33,600 bases of DNA from Octopus bimaculoides (Eukaryota). Both the position numbers and the translations under genes were made by a program. A model generated the notes under the pieces. The model was not told the origin of the DNA. It saw nothing but the letters and a program-made list of their open reading frames with translations, and did no database searches. The DNA lies in NCBI RefSeq assembly GCF_001194135.2, contig NC_068983.1, forward strand, positions 148,121,299 through 148,154,898, read 5' to 3'. Positions 12,700 to 24,551 of the stretch are shown here, one piece after another (position 1 is the stretch's first letter; each line of letters starts with the position of its first letter).

Positions 12700-13909
12700 C
12701 TGCAAGAAGGGAAGTAAGCCACTGGTTACTGGGTGGGGTTGAATCGGTGGCAGCCCGACGAGGCAAACATCTTCTGCTTGCAGACGTCAGACACTCATGT
12801 TCAATTCATACAGTGCCGACTACATGTTGAAATTGCATATATATATTCTACTAAGCGTATGTGCACACCGAAGAACGTTAGAGATTGTTAAGTGACATAC
12901 ACATACACAGCTATAAACATGCATATAGCATTTTTTATTGTTATAATTTTTTGTTAAGCTTTCTATTTACGATTCATGCTTGTAAACGTTTAAAGCAGAA
13001 TTAGTAAGATTAATAAAAGCATTAGCTAATACCATTGACATATTGAAGACGTGATAAAGACACAATAAACAGAAGCAACTAATATCAGTGATATTATCAG
13101 TAACATGGGCGTACGAAGAGTGTACAAGACAATACAGCATATATTAAATCTTTAGTGTGAAAACTTCTATAGTTATATATTTTCTCAGTTATTGTTGTCA
13201 TCTATTTACGTGAATTTATATATATACATATATATATATATATANNNNNNNNNNNNNNNNNNNNNNNNNNNNNNNNNNNNNNNNNNNNNNNNNNNNNNNN
13301 NNNNNNNNNNNNNNNNNNNNNNNNNNNNNNNNNNNNNNNNNNNNNNNNNNNNNNNNNNNNNNNNNNNNNNNNNNNNNNNNNNNNNNNNNNNNNNNNNNNN
13401 NNNNNNNNNNNNNNNNNNNNNNNNNNNNNNNNNNNNNNNNNNNNNNNNNNNNNNNNNNNNNNNNNNNNNNNNNNNNNNNNNNNNNNNNNNNNTATATATA
13501 TATATATATATATTAATGTATTTCATAAATACTTGAAAGCCACAATATGTAACGATGTAATGAGTAGACAACAAACTATTAAGAAGTTAAAACAAAGCAT
13601 ATTTGCTTTATATCTACCACATTTAGATGCTGGTACATAGACAAAACACAAAGGTAAGAGAAATATAAAATCCATTGACTCAACTTCAATATATTACTGT
13701 TACTTATTTTGTCAAATATAAGAGGGTGAAAGACAAAATGAATCGGGTTAGTAGATGAAAGGAGAGTCACAATACTCCGTTGGTAATTGACGTTTTTTTT
13801 ATTCTTGTGGGACGAAAGGCAATGGAAAATGCGCTGATGTAAAAAATAACCGATATCGGAAAGTTCAATCGATAGAAATCTGGACAAAATTCTTTACACA
13901 ATTTTAGCT

Positions 13910-14030
13910 ACTTTGCCTTTAAGATCTGAGTTCATATCCCTCCGGTAGTAAATTTAGCTTTCGTATTCTAGGATCTATACACTAACTTCCTATCATGTTC
14001 CGGGATCAATTTAATTGACCGTTCACACCG
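13910..14030 (+). mobile_element. Degenerate SINE family B fragment
   Basis: TTTAAGATCTGAGTTCATATCCC...TTTAGCTTTC...GGGATCAATTTAATTGAC is a weak match to the family B core. Confidence 0.4.
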
Positions 14031-14225
14031 CTAGAAGTTGAGTAAGTAATTGTCGGGGCAGAATAATCGATTGAACTGACTATAATAAATGGATGATACA
14101 TATGCTATTTCTTGATCGGTTATTGATTGCAGTATCATTTGAACGCAGAACAGTTCTTTGTGTAACCAAACACGTAACAACATTTAGATTGGTTGTTTAT
14201 TGTTAATGCTACTTAAGTGCCTTAA

Positions 14226-14228
14226 TAA

Positions 14229-14302
<74 letters not shown>

Positions 14303-14313
14303 CATTATTATTA
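14226..14313. repeat. (TTA)n microsatellite
   Basis: Direct reading. Confidence 0.96.
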
Positions 14314-14477
14314 TACGTATACTTATTTAGGGAAAGGGAAACGTGTTTAGATAATTCTTCGACAGCTAATTTAATAACTGAAGTAGGATACCCAGGGATG
14401 ATACATAATTCAGTACGTAATGTAAATCCAACCTCCATTAGAGTTGTGATGATGAACGATGGTGATGATGATGACTG

Positions 14478-14730
14478 AAAATGGTGCATTAAATATAATA
14501 AAAAACGTAAATAGAAATATATTTTTAAAAAACATACCAGGATTTAGAATATCGGTTCATACAGTCCAATATATACCCATATTTGACATAATCTACATTC
14601 TACGCAAGAATATCAATTCGCAAACCCACCTCAAACACAGATTTTCTACATAAACTCTTAGCTAATAAAATAGCACAACTCATACAGCACATGTTCCACA
14701 CAAGAAACAAACGAAATGCTGAAGTAATAC
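14478..14730 (+). mobile_element. Old R4/Dong-like retrotransposon 3' fragment
   Basis: Translation GALNIIKNVNRNIFLKNIPG...IYILRKNINS aligns to the C-terminus GALGIIKKYSDKYVTKTPG...AHILRKTLS of the copy at 33371-33595. Confidence 0.6.
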
Positions 14731-14879
14731 AAGAAACTAAACGTATCCCACAGTAAAAAAGTGAGAGAGAAAGAACAGACGTAACATACAAACATCACCC
14801 CGAAAGACAAATAATGCGAACGAACTAACGGCGAAATCTCTTACATAGTTGCTCACACTACTAGAAATAGCTACTTAAC

Positions 14880-15056
14880 ACATTATACCATACAATCTTA
14901 GAAGTGAATCGCTTTCGCAATGTGGTTCTGGGATCTTTGCATACAGGGAGAAAGATGGGATATTCATGAAAGGAATACTTTTGATAACAGGCTTCATTGA
15001 GTTCAACCACAACAACAACATGGTGATTCAATAAAATATTGCATGAAGCTGTTAAC

Positions 15057-15057
<1 letters not shown>
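14880..15057 (+). mobile_element. Possible old R4-like 3' end fragment
   Basis: Frame RNVVLGSLHTGRKM resembles the terminal (K)VLLG(S/T)AHILRK motif and the segment ends in (AAT)n. Short and weak. Confidence 0.35.
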
Positions 15058-15147
<90 letters not shown>

Positions 15148-15160
15148 TTGATGATGATAA
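15056..15160. repeat. Compound (AAT)n-(GAT)n microsatellite
   Basis: Direct reading. Gives the poly-I/poly-M part of ORF 15043-15417. Confidence 0.95.
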
Positions 15161-16278
15161 CCACCTCACCAGACATTAATATTGCCTGTGGTATCATTCA
15201 AAGTGACTCATTATCACCATTACTATTCTGCCTCGTTCTCTTCCCTTTATCCACGCAACTGAATAATGCTAACAGAGGATATAAGATCTTTGACTATAAA
15301 ATTAATCATCTTCTCTATATGGATGATCTGAAACTGTTTGCTAAAAACGACAAAGAACCAAAAGGGCTCCTGAATACTGTCAACGAATTCAGCTTTGAGA
15401 TAGGTATGGAATTCTGACTTGATAATAAATGTGCAAAAGCTACTTTTAAGGCAGGGAAGTTCATAAAGGCAGAAAACATAGAATTTGATACTACCACAGC
15501 TATTCGAAACCAAGACCAATCCGAAGTATACAAATATCTGGGAACCAATGAAGGTGATGGTATCCAGCACTCTAAAATGAAAAAGAAGACCCGCAAGGAA
15601 TACTACCGAAGGAATACTACCAAGGGGTAAGAATGCAACCGCAAGGAATGCTACCGCAGGATGAGAATGGTCCTAAGCTCAGAAGTAAATGCTACTAACA
15701 AAATTAATGTGACCAATTCTTTGGTCATACCAGTAACCACATATAGCTTCAGTACCATTAAGCGGAGTCTCACTGACATGCAGAATATGGATACATAGAT
15801 CCGTAAAACAAAATCCTAACAATGGCTGTGAATCTCAGGACTGACAGCAGAAACTGAAGGATTTTTAATTGCAGCAAAAGATTGAAGCCTTCCGACCAGA
15901 AATCACCAAAACCACGTTATGAAAAGAAATACAAGTAACTGCAGAATATGTGGTGATGGAGAAGAAACAATAAATCGTATTGTCTCTGGCTGCCCAGTGC
16001 TGGGTAAGAAGGAATATTTTCACAGACACGACAGTGTTGGGACCTGTATACAGTGGAAGCTATGCCAACGTTATGGAATAACAACAGAAACATAGATGAT
16101 ATAGACACAACCCAGAAAATGGGAAAGCAACCATACACTAGGATATGTCAATACACACAATACTGCTTGGAACTGCTCGAATACTCCGGAAAGTGCTCGA
16201 AAAATAAGAGGTGTAGTGAACAGCTGATACAGTAGAACATCTCCAGCGTTAGGAGCTATGCAAAAGCAATAATAACTT
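15160..16278 (+). mobile_element. 5'-truncated, internally deleted R4/Dong-like RLE non-LTR retrotransposon (RT C-half, CCHC knuckle, C-terminus)
   Basis: RT motifs GIIQSDSLSPLLFCL, KINHLLYMDDLKLFAK, KCAK, YKYLG; then ETEGFLIAA, CRICGDGEETINRIVSGCPVLGKKEYFHRHDSV, W-DMSIHT, and LLGTARILRKVLE*; ends in AATAATAA. Stops and deletions show it is dead. Confidence 0.92.
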
Positions 16279-16289
16279 TATACAGTTAC

Positions 16290-17900
16290 ATAAAAATAAA
16301 GCTACAGGCATCAAATGCGCAGCTGTCCCAGAAATGATTATTTAGTTATAATATTCTCAACGAGGCACATACTGAATTAGCAAAAGATAGACAAGAAAAT
16401 AGAAAAATAGGATTTACATCAGCCACAATACGAAGAGATTATATTTACCACATATACCGGGTAAAATTGATGATGAGGCTTCTGAAACTAGACAATTAAT
16501 ACAAAATATCTACTGTAGAACTAGAAAAAGGCGCCCAGTAAAGAATAATTAATATAAGTATCTAAGAAGTACGAAAAAACACACAAAAAAACACCTTAAG
16601 GAAGATGAAAATATAGACTGATGCAGTAGACATTTGTGATGTGAAACAAAATAAATTTAAAAAAAAACAAATAATTATGGTGAAAGTAGAGCAATAGAAT
16701 GTCATGCTAACATGATGAAAAGCGCTCCTACATGGCCAATATCTAGGAGAGGGGTTATATAAAAGTTAAGTAGAGAAATACTTCAGAATCGGCTGATTAG
16801 TGCAATGCTCAAAATAAATAACCAAATCATTTCCATTAGAAACAACTAAAAGTATTTAATGAAACAGAATGCAATAAACAGGAAATAATAAAGTAGATGT
16901 CAACATATTTAATAAAGTAAGCTATGAAATTTTAATGAAGCACACTTCAACTGTCGTGATGAGAGGAAGACACTATCTTAATGAACAAATCCAGACACCC
17001 GGATTTTGAATTAAGATTAAATTGAAATAATCGACGTTGGAGAGTGAAATAACTCTGGACATGTTCTTACATTATTAGACTTAGTAACAGTCTATTTCTG
17101 CTAAATCTGAGACGACTTATGAAATATAGAGGATTAAAATTAATTGAAAATAGAATACGGAGGGGAAGGACTTTTATCAATGGAAGTTGAAAGAAAGAAT
17201 TAACGCATTGTTTGTAGTTCTCTTATAATTAGTAAACGAGAATACTCTGCAGGAATTATCACAGCTGGAAACTTCGTCCATGGACATTACACCAGCATTA
17301 TAAAATTCTGACAGTCTGTTCATCGTATAAAGAAATATAAGCCTCTGATAATGGAAAGCTGATCATACTCTGGGATATGGCAATCAATAGATGTGGAGAT
17401 TAAAGAAAACGTGTAGAATTTTTTCAAAAACTATTGGGAAAAGAAATGCCTCCTCATCGAAGGATCTTCCTCAATAGACAATAATATATTACAGACAGTA
17501 ATAGAGAAATTATCCAGACACAAAGATTTAGAAACAGAGATCACGAAAATGTTGGAATTTTATACAAAAACATACCTTATCGTAGTATGTGGTTAGAAGA
17601 TTTGGAAATGATTAAAAGAAGGCGCAGAAATATATGTGCCTTTACGTTCCAGTAACCTAATATTCCGGAAAAGGAAGATGCCGAACTTAAAACTACAGTA
17701 AGAGTCAATATGGATAATCATATCCTTAAGACTGTGCCACAGCATGGCCTCTATTAGATGACTAACGTTCCTGAAAAGGAAGACACCAAAAATAAAACTA
17801 CAGTAAGAGTCGATTTGAATTATTAAAGCCTTAAGACTGTGCCACAGTATGGCCACTTTTAGATGACTGAAACACCTAAAAAAGTTAAAGAATAAAAGAA
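16290..17900 (+). mobile_element. Ancient R4-like RT-RLE fossil
   Basis: Best support is 17250-17870: SWKL, KLIILWDMAI, KKCLLIE, EKLSRHKDLETEITKM, and IPEKEDAELKT...NHILKTV. Upstream support is weaker (AHTELAK, ELEKGA, GGEGL). Many stops and frameshifts; the left boundary is uncertain. Confidence 0.6.
17661..17870 (+). repeat. Two-copy 105-bp diverged tandem duplication
   Basis: AACTACAGTAAGAGTC at 17691 and 17796; CCTTAAGACTGTGCCACAG and TTAGATGACT also recur at the same period. Confidence 0.9.
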
Positions 17901-18970
17901 GATAAGTTCTACACAGTCTCTGCTTCATATAATGTAACCCAAACAACAGGCAATCGTCACCATCAACACTAAGTATAACACGTACAGAAACTGCTCACCA
18001 ATCCATATGACTGACCCTTTTGCAGTACTGCAATCCAATTAAACATAAAAATAAAACTTTAAACAACAATACAACCAACGTCCGTAACAAAGCAGAGTTG
18101 GTGTAACATTAATATGACGCCACAGCGAATGAGTTAATCTCCCTCGACGTTATTCGACATCCAGATTAACTTCACGAAATTAACTTCACGCAATGTAAGA
18201 CATAAGCTCCGGACCAGCTGAGAAGAAAGTATTGATTAAAGAATTGTAAAAGTGAGTTGAAGCCATTTCATTTCACCTAATAATATTTCCAAATCGGAGA
18301 TGTTTTCAATACACCCCTTCACAGAAATTAATTTTTGCTTTTACTACAAAAGATCTATTGATATTGGGAGTGACTTATATATCACATCAAAATTTCCAAC
18401 AGGGTATAACAAGAATCCTTTCAGAACCTAAATGAGGTAGCGACACATTTTTGATTTGTATCTCTTGTATTCCTACTGAGTCTTAATTCACAAATACCAT
18501 TGAAGAATTTATGAAGCCAATAGAGTTTCATTTCCTATTCACTATAAAAATTGACACCTTTTGGCAAAGAAATAAAACAAAATTTCATATAAATATATCA
18601 CAAATAGAAAAAGAAAATAAAACATTGTTATAAAAGGAAAAATTGTGTATCTTTCTAACAATGTCTGAGATTCACAATTATTGTAATTCCAAGATGGTAA
18701 TTACATGACAAATAATACCCAGTTATTAGTGATTGAAAGAATAGTAATAATCGAAACAGTGTTACACTCAAATTGAGAGAAATTGCATAATTAGTTCGTA
18801 TTGTTAAAAACAGTAGGAATTGTTCCGATTTGGGTATAATTCATTTCGTTACATATTGTTATTTACGAAACGAAGAGAAAACGAAAAGAGGAAGAAAGAA
18901 AAGAACTGATGCTGCCAGAAGTTAGACTCACATCTTTTCCTACGCACACATTTGTTTTTAATATACATAA

Positions 18971-19006
<36 letters not shown>

Positions 19007-19710
19007 ATGTGTGTGAGACGTGCGTGTGTTCGCGCGCATGTGTGTGAGTACATACTTATAATACCTGTGTGTTTATATATGTACGTGTGTGTGTATTTAT
19101 ATGTATATACATATATTCGTGTGTATATCTGTATGTATATATGTATGAATATATATATATATATATATATATANNNNNNNNNNNNNNNNNNNNNNNNNNN
19201 NNNNNNNNNNNNNNNNNNNNNNNNNNNNNNNNNNNNNNNNNNNNNNNNNNNNNNNNNNNNNNNNNNNNNNNNNNNNNNNNNNNNNNNNNNNNNNNNNNNN
19301 NNNNNNNNNNNNNNNNNNNNNNNNNNNNNNNNNNNNNNNNNNNNNNNNNNNNNNNNNNNNNNNNNNNNNNNNNNNNNNNNNNNNNNNNNNNNNNNNNNNN
19401 NNNNNNNNNNNNNNNNNNNNNNNNNNNNNNNNNNNNNNNNNNNNNNNNNNNNNNNNNNNNNNNNNNNNNNNNNNNNNNNNNNNNNNNNNNNNNNNNNNNN
19501 NNNNNNNNNNNNNNNNNNNNNNNNNNNNNNNNNNNNNNNNNNNNNNNNNNNNNNNNNNNNNNNNNNNNNNNNNNNNNNNNNNNNNNNNNNNNNNNNNNNN
19601 NNNNNNNNNNNNNNNNNNNNNNNNNNNNNNNNNNNNNNNNNNNNNNNNNNNNNNNNNNNNNNNNNNNNNNNNNNNNNNNNNNNNNNNNNNNNNNNNNNNN
19701 NNNNNNNNNC

Positions 19711-20027
19711 ATTTAGAGAATTAACATTGCTTATTTTCACCTTTTCGATATCAGTGAAGAATTTCACTGGAAAAGAAGATATAAGATTGCCAGGTTTTTG
19801 TCTCTCTCACCAAGGTCAGCAGCTATCGGACGCCGACGAAGGGAAATAACCCTGAAATCCGGATACGTTCGTGCTGCAGATCGAGGTGAGAGGGATAACT
19901 TCCCTTGGCAAACAGGACACAGTCGTGTGTCGATAAGCCAGCTGGAGGAGATGTCCTCCTGGGGCTAAAAGCAACAGTGACATCCACCCCTAGGGGTCAG
20001 CCACACTTAAGTGGCAATATACTACAC
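19711..20027 (+). mobile_element. Retrozyme-like repeat, copy 2 (contains the hammerhead; continues into gap on the left, ends in (TA)n on the right)
   Basis: Inverted, circularly permuted match to 3692-3988. No meaningful ORF; several short perfect hairpins. Confidence 0.8.
19817..19876 (+). ncRNA. Type I hammerhead ribozyme fold (U4C core variant)
   Basis: Stem I CAGCA-[GCTAT]-CGGACG pairs with CGTTCG-TGCTG; core CCGACGA (19833-39, canonical CUGANGA); stem II AGGG/CCCT with loop AAATAA; GAAA (19854-57); palindromic ATCCGGAT stem III; NUH triplet AUA with predicted cleavage after 19865. Confidence 0.8.
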
Positions 20028-20033
20028 TATATA

Positions 20034-20067
<34 letters not shown>

Positions 20068-20162
20068 GTATACGACTATTTCAATGTACATATGTCTGAG
20101 GAACATGTCTTTATGTGCCAATGCTTGTGGTATGTTTCTGTATATGTGTATGAGGTGTGTGT

Positions 20163-20207
<45 letters not shown>

Positions 20208-21035
20208 CGTGTGTGTCTGTATGTGCATGTTCGTGAATGTGTATGTCTACGAAATATTGCGTGATACCGTTATTTAAGTACTATGAATCAGTCATGTTTA
20301 GCAAACCTTATTGAATTATTCAACGAAATATCTTACTCTTTTTGAAAAAAAAAAAATTACAACAAAAATAGCAGGAATAATTGAATGTTGCTGGCGATTC
20401 TAGATCTTCTAGATCTTTCTTCTGATAGGTATGGAATTTAGTTTATGGATTAGCTATCTGATATTGTCTGATAAATGATTAATGACCCTCTTCCCGACAT
20501 TTTTTTATCGTTTGTGGAATCGGAAAGTTCTTGCTAGTGGAATCGGGAAAAAAATTGTGCCAGAATAATGTCTCCGTAGTGAATGCTTCTCATCAAGTCT
20601 CTGGTCATGGTGTGTTACGCTCACACTTTAGCTAAATCTGAATAGCTGTAAAGAGGTCCTAAGAATTCATACATGCAGAAACTTCTCATCGTGACTAGCA
20701 ATCTTAACACATTGCAAATCATACCCTTTCACGAGTCCGAAGACCAAGTTTTATAGGAAATTTATTAGAGAGGTATAGGGGAAGTAAAGTATCACTGTTT
20801 ACACTTTCCTTATTTCCACAACTACTAATCAAAAAGCTAATTCAAACTGGGTGGGATTTAAAACGTAATTAAAGATGACTGATAGCAAATACATTTCAAG
20901 ATACAATCGGCATTGTACAATCTCTACCAGTTCAGTAACATCTGATAGAGTTATATAAGGACACGTGTTTGGGCAGCTCAGAGTAATAATACACCCATTT
21001 GTGTCATAGCGTCAGAAAAAGAAAAAAATCTGAGC

Positions 21036-21077
<42 letters not shown>

Positions 21078-21803
21078 TGTGTGTGTGTGCGCGTGTGTGT
21101 GTGTGTATGTGTGTGTGTGCGTGCGTGTGTTCATTGATAGTCCCCAGTACCTACAAACACTACAGGAACGCACATACACTCACATATACAAACATTCTCT
21201 TCTTTTACTTGGTTCAGGAGATTACAGCTATAGGCTTGATGAGCATACGTTTACACATTGTTATATATACATACCTCGATACATGCATACATACATACAA
21301 AAATATAGATACAAGCCATCATTGGAAATGGCACAATACCTAAAACTTTCAAAAAGTTTAACATAAGTATTTATGCACATGTCTAGACTTGCAAATTTAT
21401 GTATGAATATATATATACTTACGACAAAATATACAGATTTGCATATATATATATTAAGACCCAATACTTGCACACATACACACAACCACGCATAAGTACC
21501 CTGCTGCTGTTGAAATTCCAGTGACGGAGCCTGGGATCTAAGTTACAAACCGGTATTTTCTCCAATAGCAAGAATTCTAGAAATTGAGCTTAACACAGCC
21601 AAACACGCATGCTAGCTGACAAGGCGTTTGTGAGATAATGTTTTAAGGGTCGGCAGCTTGGCACGAAATATTTAAACAATTTTATAAGAACCTTAAAATG
21701 ATATATGTAACGGGTACTTTACACCAAAGAAAAAATTACATACGAGATAGCACACGCATATAAAAACACATAAAGGCAATAATAATTATTATTATTATTA
21801 CTA

Positions 21804-22352
21804 TCATCGAGTGAGGGAGGGGTGCATGCCATGAAAGTGACACTGGGGTAAAATATACGAAGCTTCGTATAGCCATTATGACTACCCGTCTGATAAGGGT
21901 ACACCAGGCACATGCATCACAACCATATGTGCGCGACATGGTGATCTCATATCAAGATAAACAGCGCATGACCTTGCAGGTGGGGTTCAGTTAGAATTTT
22001 CATCAGGTCGAGTACCCCATCCTGCTCAAAAGGTCCCTGAATAAGGGTTGTTTAAGGATGTTCAACGAAACACCCATGTTCCTAGAGGTGAATTATTCAA
22101 ACCCCAAAGAATTCCTCTCAACACATGGTTACGATGCTTCCCCACTACTTCTGCTCGTGATCAGAGATGCACATATCGCCAGTCTCTAAGGGATATGCTC
22201 AACTGGTTATTGTCAAGCAAGTGACAAGTAAATCTGTGGTATTGATTAGAATATTTGCTGTAGCACATTTTTTTATACTAAGACAAAACATATACATGAT
22301 GACACTTCCAATCAGTTGAGGTTAGAAGCTATGAGAGCCAGTGGTTGGTACG

Positions 22353-22355
<3 letters not shown>
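21804..22355. mobile_element. About 550-bp non-coding interspersed repeat bounded by trinucleotide tracts
   Basis: GC-richer block sharply bounded by (TTA)n on the left and (CAT)n(TAT)n on the right, with no coherent ORF. I recall it as a common octopus repeat but there is only one copy here, so the family is unassigned. Confidence 0.55.
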
Positions 22356-22394
<39 letters not shown>

Positions 22395-22413
22395 TATTAT
22401 TATTATTATTATT

Positions 22414-22930
<517 letters not shown>

Positions 22931-23100
22931 GGCAGTGAACTGGCAGAATCGTTAGCACGCCGGGATAAATGCTTAGCGGTATTTCGCCTGTCTGTACGTT
23001 CTGAGTTCAAATTCCGCCGAAGTCTACGTTGCCTTTCATCCTCTCGGTGTCCATAAAAAGTACCAAAATTCCAGGCTTTGTGCCTATAGTAGAAAGGATT
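22931..23100 (+). mobile_element. tRNA-derived SINE family B (internally deleted)
   Basis: GGCAGTGAACTGGCAGAATCGTTAGC...GAGTTCAAATTCCGCCG...TGTGCCTATAGTAGAAAGG followed by (ATT)n. Confidence 0.85.
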
Positions 23101-23107
23101 ATTATTG

Positions 23108-23139
<32 letters not shown>

Positions 23140-24511
23140 GGTTTATTTGACATTATTGTTGTTGCTGTTGTTTTCTTTTTTGCGATAAACAGACACCTTT
23201 AAGAAAAATCCCGACACGTGGAATAGTGCCAATTCACTTGGGATTATTTTCGCAACAAATGATTTTAAGACATTTCACTGCCTATTGCATTTCCTAAGGA
23301 TGAAACATAATTGTTTCCCTCGGGTATCTTTTCTATTTCATAATATTATAATTATTATTTACTCATGATTTAATATGGCTTTTTCCAGTGGGTTGGGAAG
23401 TGGTACAAACCACTAATGTGGTAGCAAAGGATACTACCAGCAAATACTTTGTTGTAAAAGATTCCAAAGATTAGTTAAGAATAGAGATATAAAGGAGAGC
23501 AAGAGGGAAAATGTATTACAATTGAAACTGCAAAGTATGGAACTCCGACATGAAATGAAAAATCGTAGCCATGGGTTTTTAATAGCAAAATTGTAAACGG
23601 ATTAGCAAATACAATAATACTTTAATATCAGAAAAATGTTAAGTTTCGCTCTATAACAAGGCGGTAAATTTGAATATATGTGGTGGTAGGGGTATCTATT
23701 GAATGCCTCAGTTATGAAAAGGAAAGTCGACCCGAAGAAGAATGGTAAATACCAGAAACAACAAGATTGTGTTTCATTAATCTCTTTGTAGCATTTAGAT
23801 ATCGACACTTTCGTTCCAAGAATTCCTTCTTATCTCACCGAGTTCGATAAAATAACTACTATAAAGTACTTCTGACAGTTTCCCTATACTCCTAACTCTC
23901 AAACTGTTAGCTCTGTGTCAGAATATAACTACGGGAAATAACTTTCAGGTAAAATTAAATTTCATTTCTTCGATTTCTCTTTGTAATTATTTCACTATTC
24001 TTGAGTCGTTAATAACGTTCTATCAAATTCCGAACAACATGTAACTTCATTAATTTTTTTCTTTACAGTCTGAAGCCATGAGAATATGCTCATAATTATG
24101 CACTAGCATCGACCTCGCTTCTGAAGATAAACTTTCAAAGAAGATATATTGGTGCCACTTGAATCGAATATGCTTTTAATCCGTAATTATCTCTCTACAT
24201 ATTGTCGTCCTATATGAAAGTAATCCATTGTCTCCGTTTAAGAAATCAAAGTTTCTTTCTAGCTTAATGTTAAACTCAGACCGTGACACAGTCCAAGCTC
24301 GTATTTGGAATCGTTTTGTTTACAATGATTGATGCCTTTGGGAAAAGTAGAATTTTCTCTTCTCTCTCTAGTGAAGACTATCAAAGAGATTCGTTTCTAA
24401 AATTTCACCTAAAATTGCAGGCTTTGAGCTAAAATTTGTGACAATCATCATTATCGTCATCACCTTCATCATCCTCATCATCATCATCACCACCACCATC
24501 GTTGTTATCGC

Positions 24512-24542
<31 letters not shown>

Positions 24543-24551
24543 GTTATTATT

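Noticed and set aside
12633-12700. 7-bp G-rich stem as possible HDV-like ribozyme P1
   Set aside because: Only 15 nt lie between the arms, too few for P2, P3 and L3.
12693-12830. 44 open codons after the plus-strand TAG suggesting stop-codon readthrough
   Set aside because: An open run of this length is not unusual at this GC content and the exon itself is unproven.
16464-16498. Hammerhead-like string ATGATGA-GGCTTCT-GAAACTAGAC with short AATTG/CAATT flanks
   Set aside because: C3 and U16.1 are missing, stem II barely pairs, and it lies within a probable RT fossil.
21985-22010. CTGATGA on the minus strand in the 550-bp element
   Set aside because: No stem II and no following GAAA.
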